Of a stretch of 64,000 bases of DNA, positions 19,327 to 28,581 are shown piece by piece (the stretch's first letter is position 1; the number at the start of each line of letters is the position of its first letter). The stretch is from assembly GCA_016699875.1 (NCBI GenBank), contig CP064989.1, positions 584,788 through 648,787 on the forward strand. The letters run 5' to 3'. This DNA comes from Candidatus Moraniibacteriota bacterium. GTDB lineage: Bacteria > Patescibacteriota > Minisyncoccia > Moranbacterales > UBA1568. The notes beneath the pieces were generated by a model. That model was not told the origin of the DNA. It saw only the letters and a list, made by a program, of their open reading frames with translations, and made no database searches. Made by a program: the position numbers and the translations under genes.

Positions 19327-20484
19327 ATGAAGAAATTCTTCATTATCATGGCGGTGTTGTTTGGGGTATTGCTCCTGTTCTTTTTGATATACAACTTTTT
19401 GTTCAAGAACAATCCGCTTGAGGGGAAGGTGCCGAATGTTGCGGTGATTCCCAATGAGCCTGAGTCGGACACGTCAAATCAGAGTGCGGAGGTGAAGGAT
19501 AAAAAAATAGCTCCGCTGACTGATGGCGAGGGCGTTGCCCCATTCTTTGACGTGAAAGATCGCGCGCTGTTTTACCTGGTACCGGATGAAAAAGCACTCA
19601 AAGAGACGTTTCTGGTGACGGGATTGCCGAAGACAGTAGAGACGTTTTCTTTTGTGCCGCGCGACATTGTGTGGTCGCCGGATGGCGGGAAGGCTTTGAT
19701 ACAGAAGGGTGATACCGAATGGGTGCTTTTTAGTCGTAAGAAGGGTAACGAGTCTGATGCGTCATCGACAACTCTTTTGAAGTCGGGCATAGAGAGTCCT
19801 GCCTGGACCAGTCTTGGGGATCGTATTGTGTACAAGTACTTCGATCCGGAGACGAAGAAGCGGACGCTCAATATTGCGAATCCCGACGGGTCGGATTGGT
19901 CCGTGATCGGCGAGACGTCGTTTCAGTTTCTCGAGATGCGCCCGGTGCCGAAGAGTTCGACCGTTGCTGTCTGGAATCGTGGCAATGCGTTTGAGCGGAC
20001 ATCGCTTAAGATATTGCCGATTGTGGGCGGTGAAATGAAAGAAATATTTTCCGCTAACTACGGCGCTGATTACCTGTTCGCGCCGAATGGTTCACGCATT
20101 CTTGTGTCTGACTCCATAGAGAAGGGGAGTACGAGTATTTCGCTCGCGTTGCTCAATGATCAAGGCGGAGGGTATACCAATCTCTTTGTCCCATCATTTG
20201 CGGGGAAGGCGGTGTGGTCGAAGAATAGCCGGTTTGTGTACTACGCGCTTCCCGGGTCGATACCAGCGGGGAGTATTTTGCCAAACGATTACTATCGTAA
20301 GCCGATATTGACGGCGGACACATTCTGGAAAGTGGACGTAGAGACGGGTGAGAAGTCGCGCATTGTGGATCCAAACGATATCGATCAGAACTATGATGCC
20401 GAGAACTTGGTGCTTGATGCTGATGAAACCATGCTCTTTTTTCGGAATCGTCATGATGGGCGAATCTATAGAATTCTTTTGTAA
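19327..20484 (+). CDS. TolB-like (PD40/WD40-like) beta-propeller protein with N-terminal TM anchor
   Basis: 'WSPDGGKALIQ', 'WTSLGDRIVYKYFD', 'IANPDGSDWSVI', 'FAPNGSRILVSD', 'WSKNSRFVYYA' are repeated PD40-type blades. Confidence 0.55.
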   Translation: MKKFFIIMAVLFGVLLLFFLIYNFLFKNNPLEGKVPNVAVIPNEPESDTSNQSAEVKDKKIAPLTDGEGVAPFFDVKDRALFYLVPDEKALKETFLVTGLPKTVETFSFVPRDIVWSPDGGKALIQKGDTEWVLFSRKKGNESDASSTTLLKSGIESPAWTSLGDRIVYKYFDPETKKRTLNIANPDGSDWSVIGETSFQFLEMRPVPKSSTVAVWNRGNAFERTSLKILPIVGGEMKEIFSANYGADYLFAPNGSRILVSDSIEKGSTSISLALLNDQGGGYTNLFVPSFAGKAVWSKNSRFVYYALPGSIPAGSILPNDYYRKPILTADTFWKVDVETGEKSRIVDPNDIDQNYDAENLVLDADETMLFFRNRHDGRIYRILL

Positions 20485-21704
20485 GACGTAGGTGTGCACT
20501 TCTCAGGGGCGATTCCGAGAAAAAATATGATCCAGAAAAGATAGGACAGACTGATTCTCCAGTAGGGCGTGTCGAAAAGTCCGTGCACGAGGAAAGCGAT
20601 CATAAGAGCGGTGAATATCCAGGGAACCGAGGGGTTCTCTGTTTTTGATATCGATATGGCAATGTGTCGCAGCCAAGCGAAAATAAGGAAACAAAAGGAA
20701 ATGAGCCCGATAATGCCGCTCCCAAGCCAGAATGCGAGAAATATATTGTGCGGCTCGGGGACGGACCATTCGAGATAGGGCGGAAAGAATTGCTGATACG
20801 CAAGGTAACAACTCTGGAAATTTCCCGGACCTATGCCGAAAACAGGCGAATCAATCAGTATTTTTCCGGCGGATTGCCAGATCATGACACGCGATGCAAA
20901 CGATGACCGTGAGTCGAGACTGAAAAAGTGTTCGAATCGGGGAGTATTTCCGTAGGTAAAATAGAACAGAGCGAGAAGGAATGCTGCTATGCCGAGCGTC
21001 ATGCCGAGAGTTTTCGGCGTGGGGCGTTGATGTATAGCTTCAAAAAAGAGGAGGGCGATGCAGGTGGCGAGCCAGGCTGAGTACGAGTGCGTCAAGAAGA
21101 GAAGAAATATGAGTAAGAAAGAAAAGAAAAACCAAAAAATCGTTCTTTGTGTTCGAAGAAAATACCAGGAGAGAATGAGAATTGGCGTGAGGAGCATCGA
21201 GAATGCGTTTGGAGAATTGAAGATGCTCTCGAATCGTCCGTCGTAGGTTGTATAACTTCCAAAAAGCCACATGAGAGACGAGTAGAGGAAAAACGGGAGG
21301 AAAGATAGGGCAAAAATAAACAGGATGTTATCGCGCGAAAAATATCGTTGAGAGATGAGAAAAATCGTATACCCGAAGAAGATTGGAAAGAGAAACCAAG
21401 ATTTTAATATGCCGAGTGCCGTGAGGAGTGTCTCGGACGAAAGCGTGCAGAGAGCGCTCTCTGGAAGTGCGGCGAGAATGGAGAGTGTGACGCCTCCGAG
21501 GAGTGTGAATATGCCAACGGTGATGTGACGCGGTGGAAGCAATGCGGAATATGCTGTGCGGTCGTTTTGACGGTATCGAGAATACAGCATTGCTGCCAGA
21601 ACCATGCCGCACCCGAGGGTGGTTATCTCAACGAAATACATTGGCACGCCAAAAAAAACCAACCGAGCTCCTTCGAACGGGATCAGGAGGAATGTTGCGA
21701 GCAT
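20466..21704 (-). CDS. O-antigen ligase / Wzy-like polysaccharide polymerase family membrane protein
   Basis: About 10 TM helices with a large loop carrying a Wzy_C-like region. Track ORF runs to 21836, but a 21704 start avoids overlap. Confidence 0.5.
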   Translation of the reverse strand: MLATFLLIPFEGARLVFFGVPMYFVEITTLGCGMVLAAMLYSRYRQNDRTAYSALLPPRHITVGIFTLLGGVTLSILAALPESALCTLSSETLLTALGILKSWFLFPIFFGYTIFLISQRYFSRDNILFIFALSFLPFFLYSSLMWLFGSYTTYDGRFESIFNSPNAFSMLLTPILILSWYFLRTQRTIFWFFFSFLLIFLLFLTHSYSAWLATCIALLFFEAIHQRPTPKTLGMTLGIAAFLLALFYFTYGNTPRFEHFFSLDSRSSFASRVMIWQSAGKILIDSPVFGIGPGNFQSCYLAYQQFFPPYLEWSVPEPHNIFLAFWLGSGIIGLISFCFLIFAWLRHIAISISKTENPSVPWIFTALMIAFLVHGLFDTPYWRISLSYLFWIIFFLGIAPEKCTPTSYKRIL

Positions 21705-21733
21705 GCTCGTCAGAATGGGTATGCGTGCGTGTT

Positions 21734-23020
21734 TCACGGGATAAAAGCCAGAAGACTGAGAAAGAGTGGAAGGATATGGACCGAGTACAGAGGTGTTTCG
21801 AAAAAGCTGTGGATGGAGAAAATGAGAATCGAGCACCCGCCGGCAAAAATGAAGGGGCGGTTTCGATATTGTAGAAGTGATTGTATGAGTACGAGCGAAA
21901 TTGCGAGGAAGAATGTAAGTGCTGTTGCGATGCCGGTTTCAGCGGCGATATCGAGAAATATGTTGTGCGCGTAACGCGGTTCTCGGTAGTGAGCGGAAGG
22001 AAGTACTGTATTGGAATAATTTCCCAATCCGACACCGGTAAGAGAGTGTTGTTCGATGATATGGATTGCTTCGGCCCATATGGCGAGGCGGCCGCTTGTC
22101 GAGTGATCGGAAAGGTCGAGAGAGGAAACGAGTCTTTCGGAGAGCGGAGTCGGAATTATGAGTGCGAGTACGAAGATTGCTGCGGACAGGAGAAGTGGAA
22201 GAGTGTGTTTCCGAATCAGATCTGAGAAACGTATGGCCAGTGAAGCAAAAAGGGTGGCGAGGAGGGCGACGTATCCACCGCGGGAGAAGGTGAGTATATC
22301 TGCGAGAAGTATCAATAAAGATGTTGTTGCGAACAGAAAGAATCGCGACTTTTTTCCCTGGTCGCGCTTGGACTGAAAGGCGAGCGCAATCGAAAGGGGG
22401 AGCGACATGCCCCAGAAGAACGAGGCAATATGCGGATCAGGGAAAAAGGCGCTTGCGCGGAGGAAATTGGTCCCGCCAATATTGACGACCATGCTGGAAT
22501 ATTCAGTGACCACGTTGGAAAAAGTCAGCCCGGAAAAGAGGGGAATGACGGCGTGCTGCCAGAATTGTATCGCCGGATCAAGACCAATGACAAAGGGGAG
22601 GAGAAATTGCGCGATACCAACCAACGCCGAGAGTGCGGCGCCACCGGTGAGTGCTCGAACGAACGCTTCTCTTTCAGGAGTGGTACGAAGTAAGGAAGAG
22701 GCAATGAGAAGTGTCGGAAGAAATGAGAGGAGAAAGAAGAGTTTCCGAGTTCCCCATGAGGCATTTTCGGCAAAGAAAAGGGAAAATGCCGAAAGAAAAA
22801 AGACGGCGAAGAGAAGCCATGTTTCTGGTTTGGTGGGAATGGATAATGATCGGCGTATGAATGACCGTATCAGCCAAAGTCCGAAAAGTCCCAGAGCGAA
22901 GAGTCTCGATATGTGAAGATCAATGCCGGGGAGCGGACTCAGGGCAAACTGAAAGGGAAGTGTGGCGAAAAACAGGAGAAAGAGGAATCGGATCATAGTC
23001 GGAAAAGTTTTCGGAGCCAT
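21734..23020 (-). CDS. O-antigen ligase (WaaL/Wzy_C) family membrane protein
   Basis: 428 aa polytopic; 'FSRGGYVALLATLFASLAIRF' Wzy_C-like core. Confidence 0.55.
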   Translation of the reverse strand: MAPKTFPTMIRFLFLLFFATLPFQFALSPLPGIDLHISRLFALGLFGLWLIRSFIRRSLSIPTKPETWLLFAVFFLSAFSLFFAENASWGTRKLFFLLSFLPTLLIASSLLRTTPEREAFVRALTGGAALSALVGIAQFLLPFVIGLDPAIQFWQHAVIPLFSGLTFSNVVTEYSSMVVNIGGTNFLRASAFFPDPHIASFFWGMSLPLSIALAFQSKRDQGKKSRFFLFATTSLLILLADILTFSRGGYVALLATLFASLAIRFSDLIRKHTLPLLLSAAIFVLALIIPTPLSERLVSSLDLSDHSTSGRLAIWAEAIHIIEQHSLTGVGLGNYSNTVLPSAHYREPRYAHNIFLDIAAETGIATALTFFLAISLVLIQSLLQYRNRPFIFAGGCSILIFSIHSFFETPLYSVHILPLFLSLLAFIP

Positions 23021-23829
23021 TTCAAAAGAAGATGCTCGTGGTAGGGGCGATGTAGGGAGAAATATCGATCTTGGGAGGCGAAGTAGGCTCGTTTTTGAAG
23101 TGCTTGAGCGCCCTCCATGCTGCCTCCTCCTCGGTGGAGCACGCGTATGCGCGGCATGAAAAGGATGTTCTTCCGAAGCTGCTTTGTTCGAGCGCAGAGA
23201 TCGACATCTTCATAGTAGAGAAAGAATCGTTCGTCGAAACCATGAATGCGGAAAAAGAGGGTTCTAGGTATGGCAAGTGCGGCACCACTTACCCAGCTGA
23301 CTTTTTGTGGCTTCGTGGCGTTCCAAAGAGGAGTGCTTACGGACAGAGCGAGGTGATTGCGGACGATGCTGAGCAGAGAGATTGATTCCCCGGTGCTCCA
23401 TGGTTGAGGCTTTTCCGGTTCTATGAAGAGTTTCATGCCGATAATTCCGAGCGATGGGTGACGCTTGAATGCATTTTCGATATCTGAGAAGTTTCCCGAG
23501 AGAAACCGTGCGTCCGGATTGAGAAAGACCAAAATGCTGCCATGGGCATGTTCGGCGCCGCGATTGGTGGCGAAGCCGAAGCCGCGATTCCCATCAAGCG
23601 GAAGCAAAGTGAAATTGAATTTCTTCTGCAAATCGAGGAGCGCCGGTTGCTCGCGAGGATCATTATTGACGACAATACACTCGTATTTTCCGGGAACAGT
23701 GATGTTTTGAAATGATGAAAAACACGCCGGGAGAAGAGCGGCGCTTTGGTAATTTACGATAATAAAAGAAAATTTTGGCGGATTCGGCGTCGTGCTAGTA
23801 TCCATATTTCCAGAAGTCTCTGAAGGCAT
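22993..23829 (-). CDS. Family-2 glycosyltransferase
   Basis: 'FSFIIVNYQSAALLPACFSSFQNI...YECIVVNNDPRE' GT2 N-terminal DxD-type fold signature. Confidence 0.75.
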   Translation of the reverse strand: MPSETSGNMDTSTTPNPPKFSFIIVNYQSAALLPACFSSFQNITVPGKYECIVVNNDPREQPALLDLQKKFNFTLLPLDGNRGFGFATNRGAEHAHGSILVFLNPDARFLSGNFSDIENAFKRHPSLGIIGMKLFIEPEKPQPWSTGESISLLSIVRNHLALSVSTPLWNATKPQKVSWVSGAALAIPRTLFFRIHGFDERFFLYYEDVDLCARTKQLRKNILFMPRIRVLHRGGGSMEGAQALQKRAYFASQDRYFSLHRPYHEHLLLKWLRKLFRL

Positions 23830-24664
23830 CTCGTACGGAGAGGATCGAAGTGCTCTTTGTGTTTTTCAGGCGTTTCAGACGAAACGTATTCCACAGTCTT
23901 CGCAGGCCGAAGGCGAGCCAGAAGAACGGCTGTCCGATAAGCCATGTGTTCTTTTTGAAAAAGAAGAGTCCCGAACGGACCAGCCAGTATGTCTTGTCAG
24001 GATTTCCTGTGCTTTCCTCTGAGTGCTCTATGGAAACTCTCGGATGGACGATAATGGAAAATCCCAACTTCTTAGCTCGATATGAGAGATCGACATCCTC
24101 ATAGTAGAGAAAGAATCGTTCGTCGAAAAGCCCGACAATGCGAAAAACCGAAGTCTTGATAAGCGGCGCGCATCCGGAAAGGAAACCGGTTTCGAAGGGC
24201 GTGTCGAGACTTCGTGGTGGGATATGTGTGGCGCGCATCCGGAGCCAGGATATTTTTCCGCCGCCAAACCAGACCGACGAGCTTTTTGGATAGGTGATGA
24301 GCGGAGAAGCCATGCCGACGTTCGCATGTTTTTCAAGAACAGGGACGAGTTGTTGTAGAGAATCTGCTGGAACCTTCGTATCCGGATTGACGAGCCAGAT
24401 ATACTCAGCCCTTTGGTCGAGGGCAAATCGAATGCCAACATTGATGCCGCGGGCAAAACCGACATTTTCGGAGTTTCGAATGAAATGGGCTTTCGGATAT
24501 GTTTTTCGTGCTTGTTCGAAGGAATCATCTGTGGAAGCATTATCGATCACGACTACGCGAAAGAGCGGGTAATCGAGATGAAACACCGAGCGCAAACAAT
24601 CGAGAAGTGTAGCGCGCCCGTTGTAGTTGAGTATCAAAATGAAGACGAGCGGAGATCGATTCAT
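23795..24664 (-). CDS. Family-2 glycosyltransferase
   Basis: 'LVFILILNYNGRATLLDCLRSV...RVVVIDNASTDDS' GT2 signature. Confidence 0.75.
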   Translation of the reverse strand: MNRSPLVFILILNYNGRATLLDCLRSVFHLDYPLFRVVVIDNASTDDSFEQARKTYPKAHFIRNSENVGFARGINVGIRFALDQRAEYIWLVNPDTKVPADSLQQLVPVLEKHANVGMASPLITYPKSSSVWFGGGKISWLRMRATHIPPRSLDTPFETGFLSGCAPLIKTSVFRIVGLFDERFFLYYEDVDLSYRAKKLGFSIIVHPRVSIEHSEESTGNPDKTYWLVRSGLFFFKKNTWLIGQPFFWLAFGLRRLWNTFRLKRLKNTKSTSILSVRDAFRDFWKYGY

Positions 24665-26118
24665 AGAGGAGGTGAACCTGTTTCAATATCCTCTCTCGGG
24701 GCGGATTTTCGAAACAGTAAGGGGGCTATTTCGTCCATGCTAATACCTCCTGTTGACCAGAGGGCGATGAGATAGACTGCGATGCCGCCAAGAAGTCGTA
24801 CAATGAAGGGAAGTGACGCGCATACGAACAGGAAGATTCCCAAAATGACAGAAGAGAGAAGTATCCGGACAATCCCATGGCTATCGGGGCGGTATTCAAG
24901 GAATCGGAGGGCGAGGAATGCGGTTCCGAGAGCCACAGCCGCTTCGGTGGCGAGAGATACGCTGGCAGCGCCAACAAATGAGTATTGCGGGATGAGGAGG
25001 AGATTGGCAATGATATTAAAGAAAGCAACAACAGAGAGAAGAACAAGTAATCGTTTTTGAAGATTCCCGGCGATCAATATGGCATTGAAGAAGTTGCCGA
25101 AAAATATGGCGGCGAGGGAGAAAATGAGGATGCGAAGCGGCAATGCGGCAGCCAGAAAGTCCGGGCCGCCAATAAGGAGAACAAGTGGTTCCGCCAAGAA
25201 GAATCCGCCAATGGCTATTGGTGCGGCGAAGACGACAAATACCTTGAATGTCTTGTCAGCGACGAGTCGGAATTTTTCGGGTTCGTGAAAGATATATCGG
25301 GAGAAAAGCGGGAGAATGAGCCCAGCAATCATGGCAGGAAAAAAAGTGAGGTTCTCAATGATTTTGTAGGCGGCATTGTAGATGCCAACGTCGGCACTTC
25401 CTTGGAGTATGGAGAGAAGTATCGTATCCATTTTGAAATAGGCGAAGGATACGATGGAGATCATGCCGACAGGAAGTGACTCGCGGAGGAAATTTTTCCA
25501 GAAGGAGACATCAAAGGAAAGATGAAAAGAAAGGAGTCTTTGGCTGAGAAAAAAAAGTGATACGGCATTGAATACCATATAGGCGAGCAAGGCCAAAACG
25601 ATGGCTCCGAATCCCCAGTCAAAAGAAACGGCGGCAACAATAATGCCGAGTTGGAGACACTTCCCGAGAAACTCCACTGTTGCCACTTCAAACATGGCAA
25701 GGCGCTTTTGGAAGATGCCATTCAATATTCCGGAGGAAGAGGCAAAAACAAAGGCGATGGCGGCGATGATAATGCCGATGCGAAGCTCTCGGTCATAGGG
25801 CAGGAAAGGAACGGCAATGAGAGCGATTCCGAGAATGAAGGAGGAACTGGCAATGCGCAGTGCGACGACGTTGCCGACGATGGTTTGTTCGGGCGCGTCT
25901 TTTCGAGAGATTTCTCGTGTAAGAAGCGGTGAAAGTCCGAAATCCGCGAGAGCGGCAAAGAGTCCGAAGAACGCCAATACGGTTGCGTAGTTTCCAAAAC
26001 CTTCGGTGCCGAGATATCGTGTTATGAATCCGATAGCGACCAATGCCAAAACCGTCGATGCGATTTTAGCAACGGAATTGAAGACGACATTATACGCAAT
26101 ACGTCGAGCAAGTGGCAT
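24661..26118 (-). CDS. Wzx/MOP-superfamily polysaccharide (lipid-linked oligosaccharide) flippase
   Basis: 485 aa with about 14 TM helices and PST-family layout. Confidence 0.65.
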   Translation of the reverse strand: MPLARRIAYNVVFNSVAKIASTVLALVAIGFITRYLGTEGFGNYATVLAFFGLFAALADFGLSPLLTREISRKDAPEQTIVGNVVALRIASSSFILGIALIAVPFLPYDRELRIGIIIAAIAFVFASSSGILNGIFQKRLAMFEVATVEFLGKCLQLGIIVAAVSFDWGFGAIVLALLAYMVFNAVSLFFLSQRLLSFHLSFDVSFWKNFLRESLPVGMISIVSFAYFKMDTILLSILQGSADVGIYNAAYKIIENLTFFPAMIAGLILPLFSRYIFHEPEKFRLVADKTFKVFVVFAAPIAIGGFFLAEPLVLLIGGPDFLAAALPLRILIFSLAAIFFGNFFNAILIAGNLQKRLLVLLSVVAFFNIIANLLLIPQYSFVGAASVSLATEAAVALGTAFLALRFLEYRPDSHGIVRILLSSVILGIFLFVCASLPFIVRLLGGIAVYLIALWSTGGISMDEIAPLLFRKSAPREDIETGSPPL

Positions 26119-26274
26119 GGAAAGGAGTCAATGAATGTCAAGCGACAAAGTTCAAGAGGAAATCAGAAAAGATGATCTTCTCTGCAATCCGCGTTATCCG
26201 AGTAAAGCCAATGAATATCGAGAATAGTGAAATCAGAGAGAAGTCGGGTGAGCGGCATGGAAACCACCGGATAT

Positions 26275-26763
26275 TTAGAGAGCATCTCCAATATCTTCTT
26301 TTGGCTTGATGATGACTTTTCGGTGTTCGCCGGTACCGGAGCTTTCGGTAGTGACAGTCAAGGAGTCAGCGAGTGCCATATGGACACACTTTCGTTCAAA
26401 AGGAGTCATGGGGCGGAGAGAAGCCGGCGTTTTCTCTGTTGCTACTCTCGATTCGATTTCTTTTGCTTCGGTAAAGAGCGCTTCAGCTTTCTCTTTCCAA
26501 TAGGAGTTGACATCCAATGAAAAATTTGCCCAACCATCAAGCTTTTTTCGCGCCGATGCGCGCACGATGGTTTGCAGTGCTTCAAGGTTCAATCCGCGCT
26601 GACCGATGAGAAGATTCGATCCTTCAGCGGTGGAAATCTGACAAACAAACTCTCCCTGCAGGAGAAATGTCGGTGTTTCGATGGCAATCGATGCCGGCAG
26701 AGTCATCTTGGCGAGTATTTCGCTTACGAGGGATCGGACGGTTTCGGCTCTTTGGGTATCCAT
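26275..26763 (-). CDS. jag: KhpB/Jag RNA-binding protein (KH + R3H)
   Basis: KH 'EGSNLLIGQRGLNLEALQTIV'; R3H 'MTPFERKCVHMAL...GTGEHRKVII'. Classic position downstream of yidC. Confidence 0.75.
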   Translation of the reverse strand: MDTQRAETVRSLVSEILAKMTLPASIAIETPTFLLQGEFVCQISTAEGSNLLIGQRGLNLEALQTIVRASARKKLDGWANFSLDVNSYWKEKAEALFTEAKEIESRVATEKTPASLRPMTPFERKCVHMALADSLTVTTESSGTGEHRKVIIKPKEDIGDAL

Positions 26764-26901
26764 AGAAATCTTCTCATGTGGTTATGAATCGCAGAGCGAC
26801 TCTTCCCTCCTTGTATAGAGAAGATACCATTGTTGAGCCACGATGAAAAGAGCTGAGAACCGGATGCTATCCAGAGAATTTCGAAGAACTGTAAGGGATT
26901 A

Positions 26902-27687
26902 CTAGGCTGGAATAGCAGGTAGTTTGGGACGCTTTTTTGACGGTTGCTTCTTTAAGAGGTGCTGCTGTTGCGCGATCATGAAGAGTGTCGATACAAGCCA
27001 GTAGAGGGCGAGTCCCGAAGGGAAGGTGATGCCGAAAAAGAGCGTGAGTCCGGGACCGATATAGAGCATCTGCTTGGTCATGATTTGGTTGAAATCCGGC
27101 TCCTCCGGCGTTTTCGACTCTTTTGCGGGCACGGATTTTTCCGACTCCTTTTCTGTTTGCCGCTGATCCATGATCATCTTCATCTGGTAATACTGAGCGA
27201 GAGCTGTCGTGGCGGCAAGCAGTATGCTGGGTTTGGAAAGGTCGAGAATGCCCAGAAAGAATCGATGGATGTCTCCCGGATTGGAAATGAAGGTGTAGAG
27301 ATCTTCGGTCGAGACGCTGAATCCGGAATTGGAGATATTAAAGAGCACGCGATAGATGGCGATAAGCACGACAAGCTGAAGTATGAGCGGGAGGCAGCCG
27401 GAGAGCGGATTAATCTTATTTTCTTTGTAGAATTCCATCATGGCGCGGCTCTGCTTCTCCCGATCGCCCTTGTGTTTTCTTTGAAGTTCTTTTATCTTCG
27501 GCTGGATCTCCTGCATTTTCTTTTGCGACTCGATTTGTTTTTGAGAAAGTGGAAAGAGCGCGGTCTTGAGGAGGAGGGTGGCGATGATGATGGCAATGCC
27601 AAAGTCTCCGCCCGGGATGATGTCGTAGAGAAAGACAAGAAGATTGTATATCGGCTGGTATACGCCGGAGTGAAAGAGTGCGGACAT
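26902..27687 (-). CDS. yidC: YidC/Oxa1-family membrane protein insertase (short form)
   Basis: 'INPLSGCLPLILQLVVLIAIYRVL' 60KD_IMP signature in rpmH-rnpA-yidC-jag context. Confidence 0.8.
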   Translation of the reverse strand: MSALFHSGVYQPIYNLLVFLYDIIPGGDFGIAIIIATLLLKTALFPLSQKQIESQKKMQEIQPKIKELQRKHKGDREKQSRAMMEFYKENKINPLSGCLPLILQLVVLIAIYRVLFNISNSGFSVSTEDLYTFISNPGDIHRFFLGILDLSKPSILLAATTALAQYYQMKMIMDQRQTEKESEKSVPAKESKTPEEPDFNQIMTKQMLYIGPGLTLFFGITFPSGLALYWLVSTLFMIAQQQHLLKKQPSKKRPKLPAIPA

Positions 27688-27906
27688 GAAAATATAGTAT
27701 GAAAAGGGAATGATTATCGCTCAATAAGCTTTTGTATCGAGGTGATCTTTGGTGAGATTGCTGTCAAATAACATCATTTCGTCCGAATCGGATGACCCTG
27801 CCGTTTCGTATGCGATGAATAATCTCGTACGTTTTTCTGGTTTTTCATTCTCTCACTGTACCACAACTTTGGAAATTATAGACCGTGAGGAATCCGCCGT
27901 TTCTCA

Positions 27907-28263
27907 TTACCGCTTTCGATCCGATACCAGGTGCGTGCGGTGAAGCAGACTTTCTATATCGCGGGCAACTGTCGAGAGGTCTGGCTTTTTGGGTGCTTTC
28001 TGTAAAGAAACGACCACCGTGTCGTATCCGGGCATAAGGCGTGTAAGCCGAATGCGGAGTGCCTCTCGAGCAAGTCGTTTCATGCGATTCCGGTCAACGG
28101 CGCGCGGCGCTATTTTTTTGCTGACTACTATGGCAAACCGGCTCTTTTCGAGGGAATTCGGGAGTGTTATGAATGAAAAAAGGCTTCCATAAGCCTTCTT
28201 TCCGAGACGAAACACACGATGTATCTCTGCGTGATCAGATAAACGGTACGCTTTCGGCAGCAT
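27907..28263 (-). CDS. rnpA: RNase P protein component
   Basis: 'MLPKAYRLSDHAEIHRVFRLGKK' RnpA N-terminus, directly downstream of rpmH. The track ORF extends to 28335 but overlaps rpmH. Confidence 0.75.
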   Translation of the reverse strand: MLPKAYRLSDHAEIHRVFRLGKKAYGSLFSFITLPNSLEKSRFAIVVSKKIAPRAVDRNRMKRLAREALRIRLTRLMPGYDTVVVSLQKAPKKPDLSTVARDIESLLHRTHLVSDRKR

Positions 28264-28273
28264 AGTACGCTGT

Positions 28274-28408
28274 TTATACTGCGAGTTTCTTTCGCCCTTT
28301 TCGCCTTCGTGCGGCAAGAACCTTTCGCCCGCCAACGGTGGCGCTTCGTTTGCGAAATCCGTGCCGACGGCTCCGTCGCAGTTTTTTGGGTTGATATGTT
28401 CGCTTCAT
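28274..28408 (-). CDS. rpmH: 50S ribosomal protein L34
   Basis: '[44 protein letters not shown]' is near-identical to the L34 consensus. Confidence 0.9.
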   Translation of the reverse strand: MKRTYQPKKLRRSRRHGFRKRSATVGGRKVLAARRRKGRKKLAV

Positions 28409-28581
28409 AAGACGCTGTGCTGATGCAAAAAGTATTTCGAAGTGTATCAAAAAGGCGGAAAAAGTCAAACGTCACAGTTATCCACAAGTTGTGAACAACC
28501 CTTTTTACAAGGAATATCAAAGTGGTGTAGTGTGGAAAAGTACCCGCTATTTTTTGGAACAAAGAGGGGGCGTGAAGCGTT
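28409..28581. other. Candidate oriC (rpmH-dnaA spacer) with DnaA boxes
   Basis: Perfect TTATCCACA at 28478-28486; TTGTTCACA (reverse complement) at 28490-28498; TTTTCCACA (reverse complement) at 28531-28539. Divergent rpmH/dnaA arrangement. Confidence 0.55.

Noticed and set aside
27688-27906. Expected yidD (membrane protein insertion efficiency factor) between rnpA and yidC
   Set aside because: Translated all three minus-strand frames of the 219-bp spacer. Only a 24-codon ORF exists, with no YidD 'CRF.PTCS...CHP' motifs. The gene appears absent.
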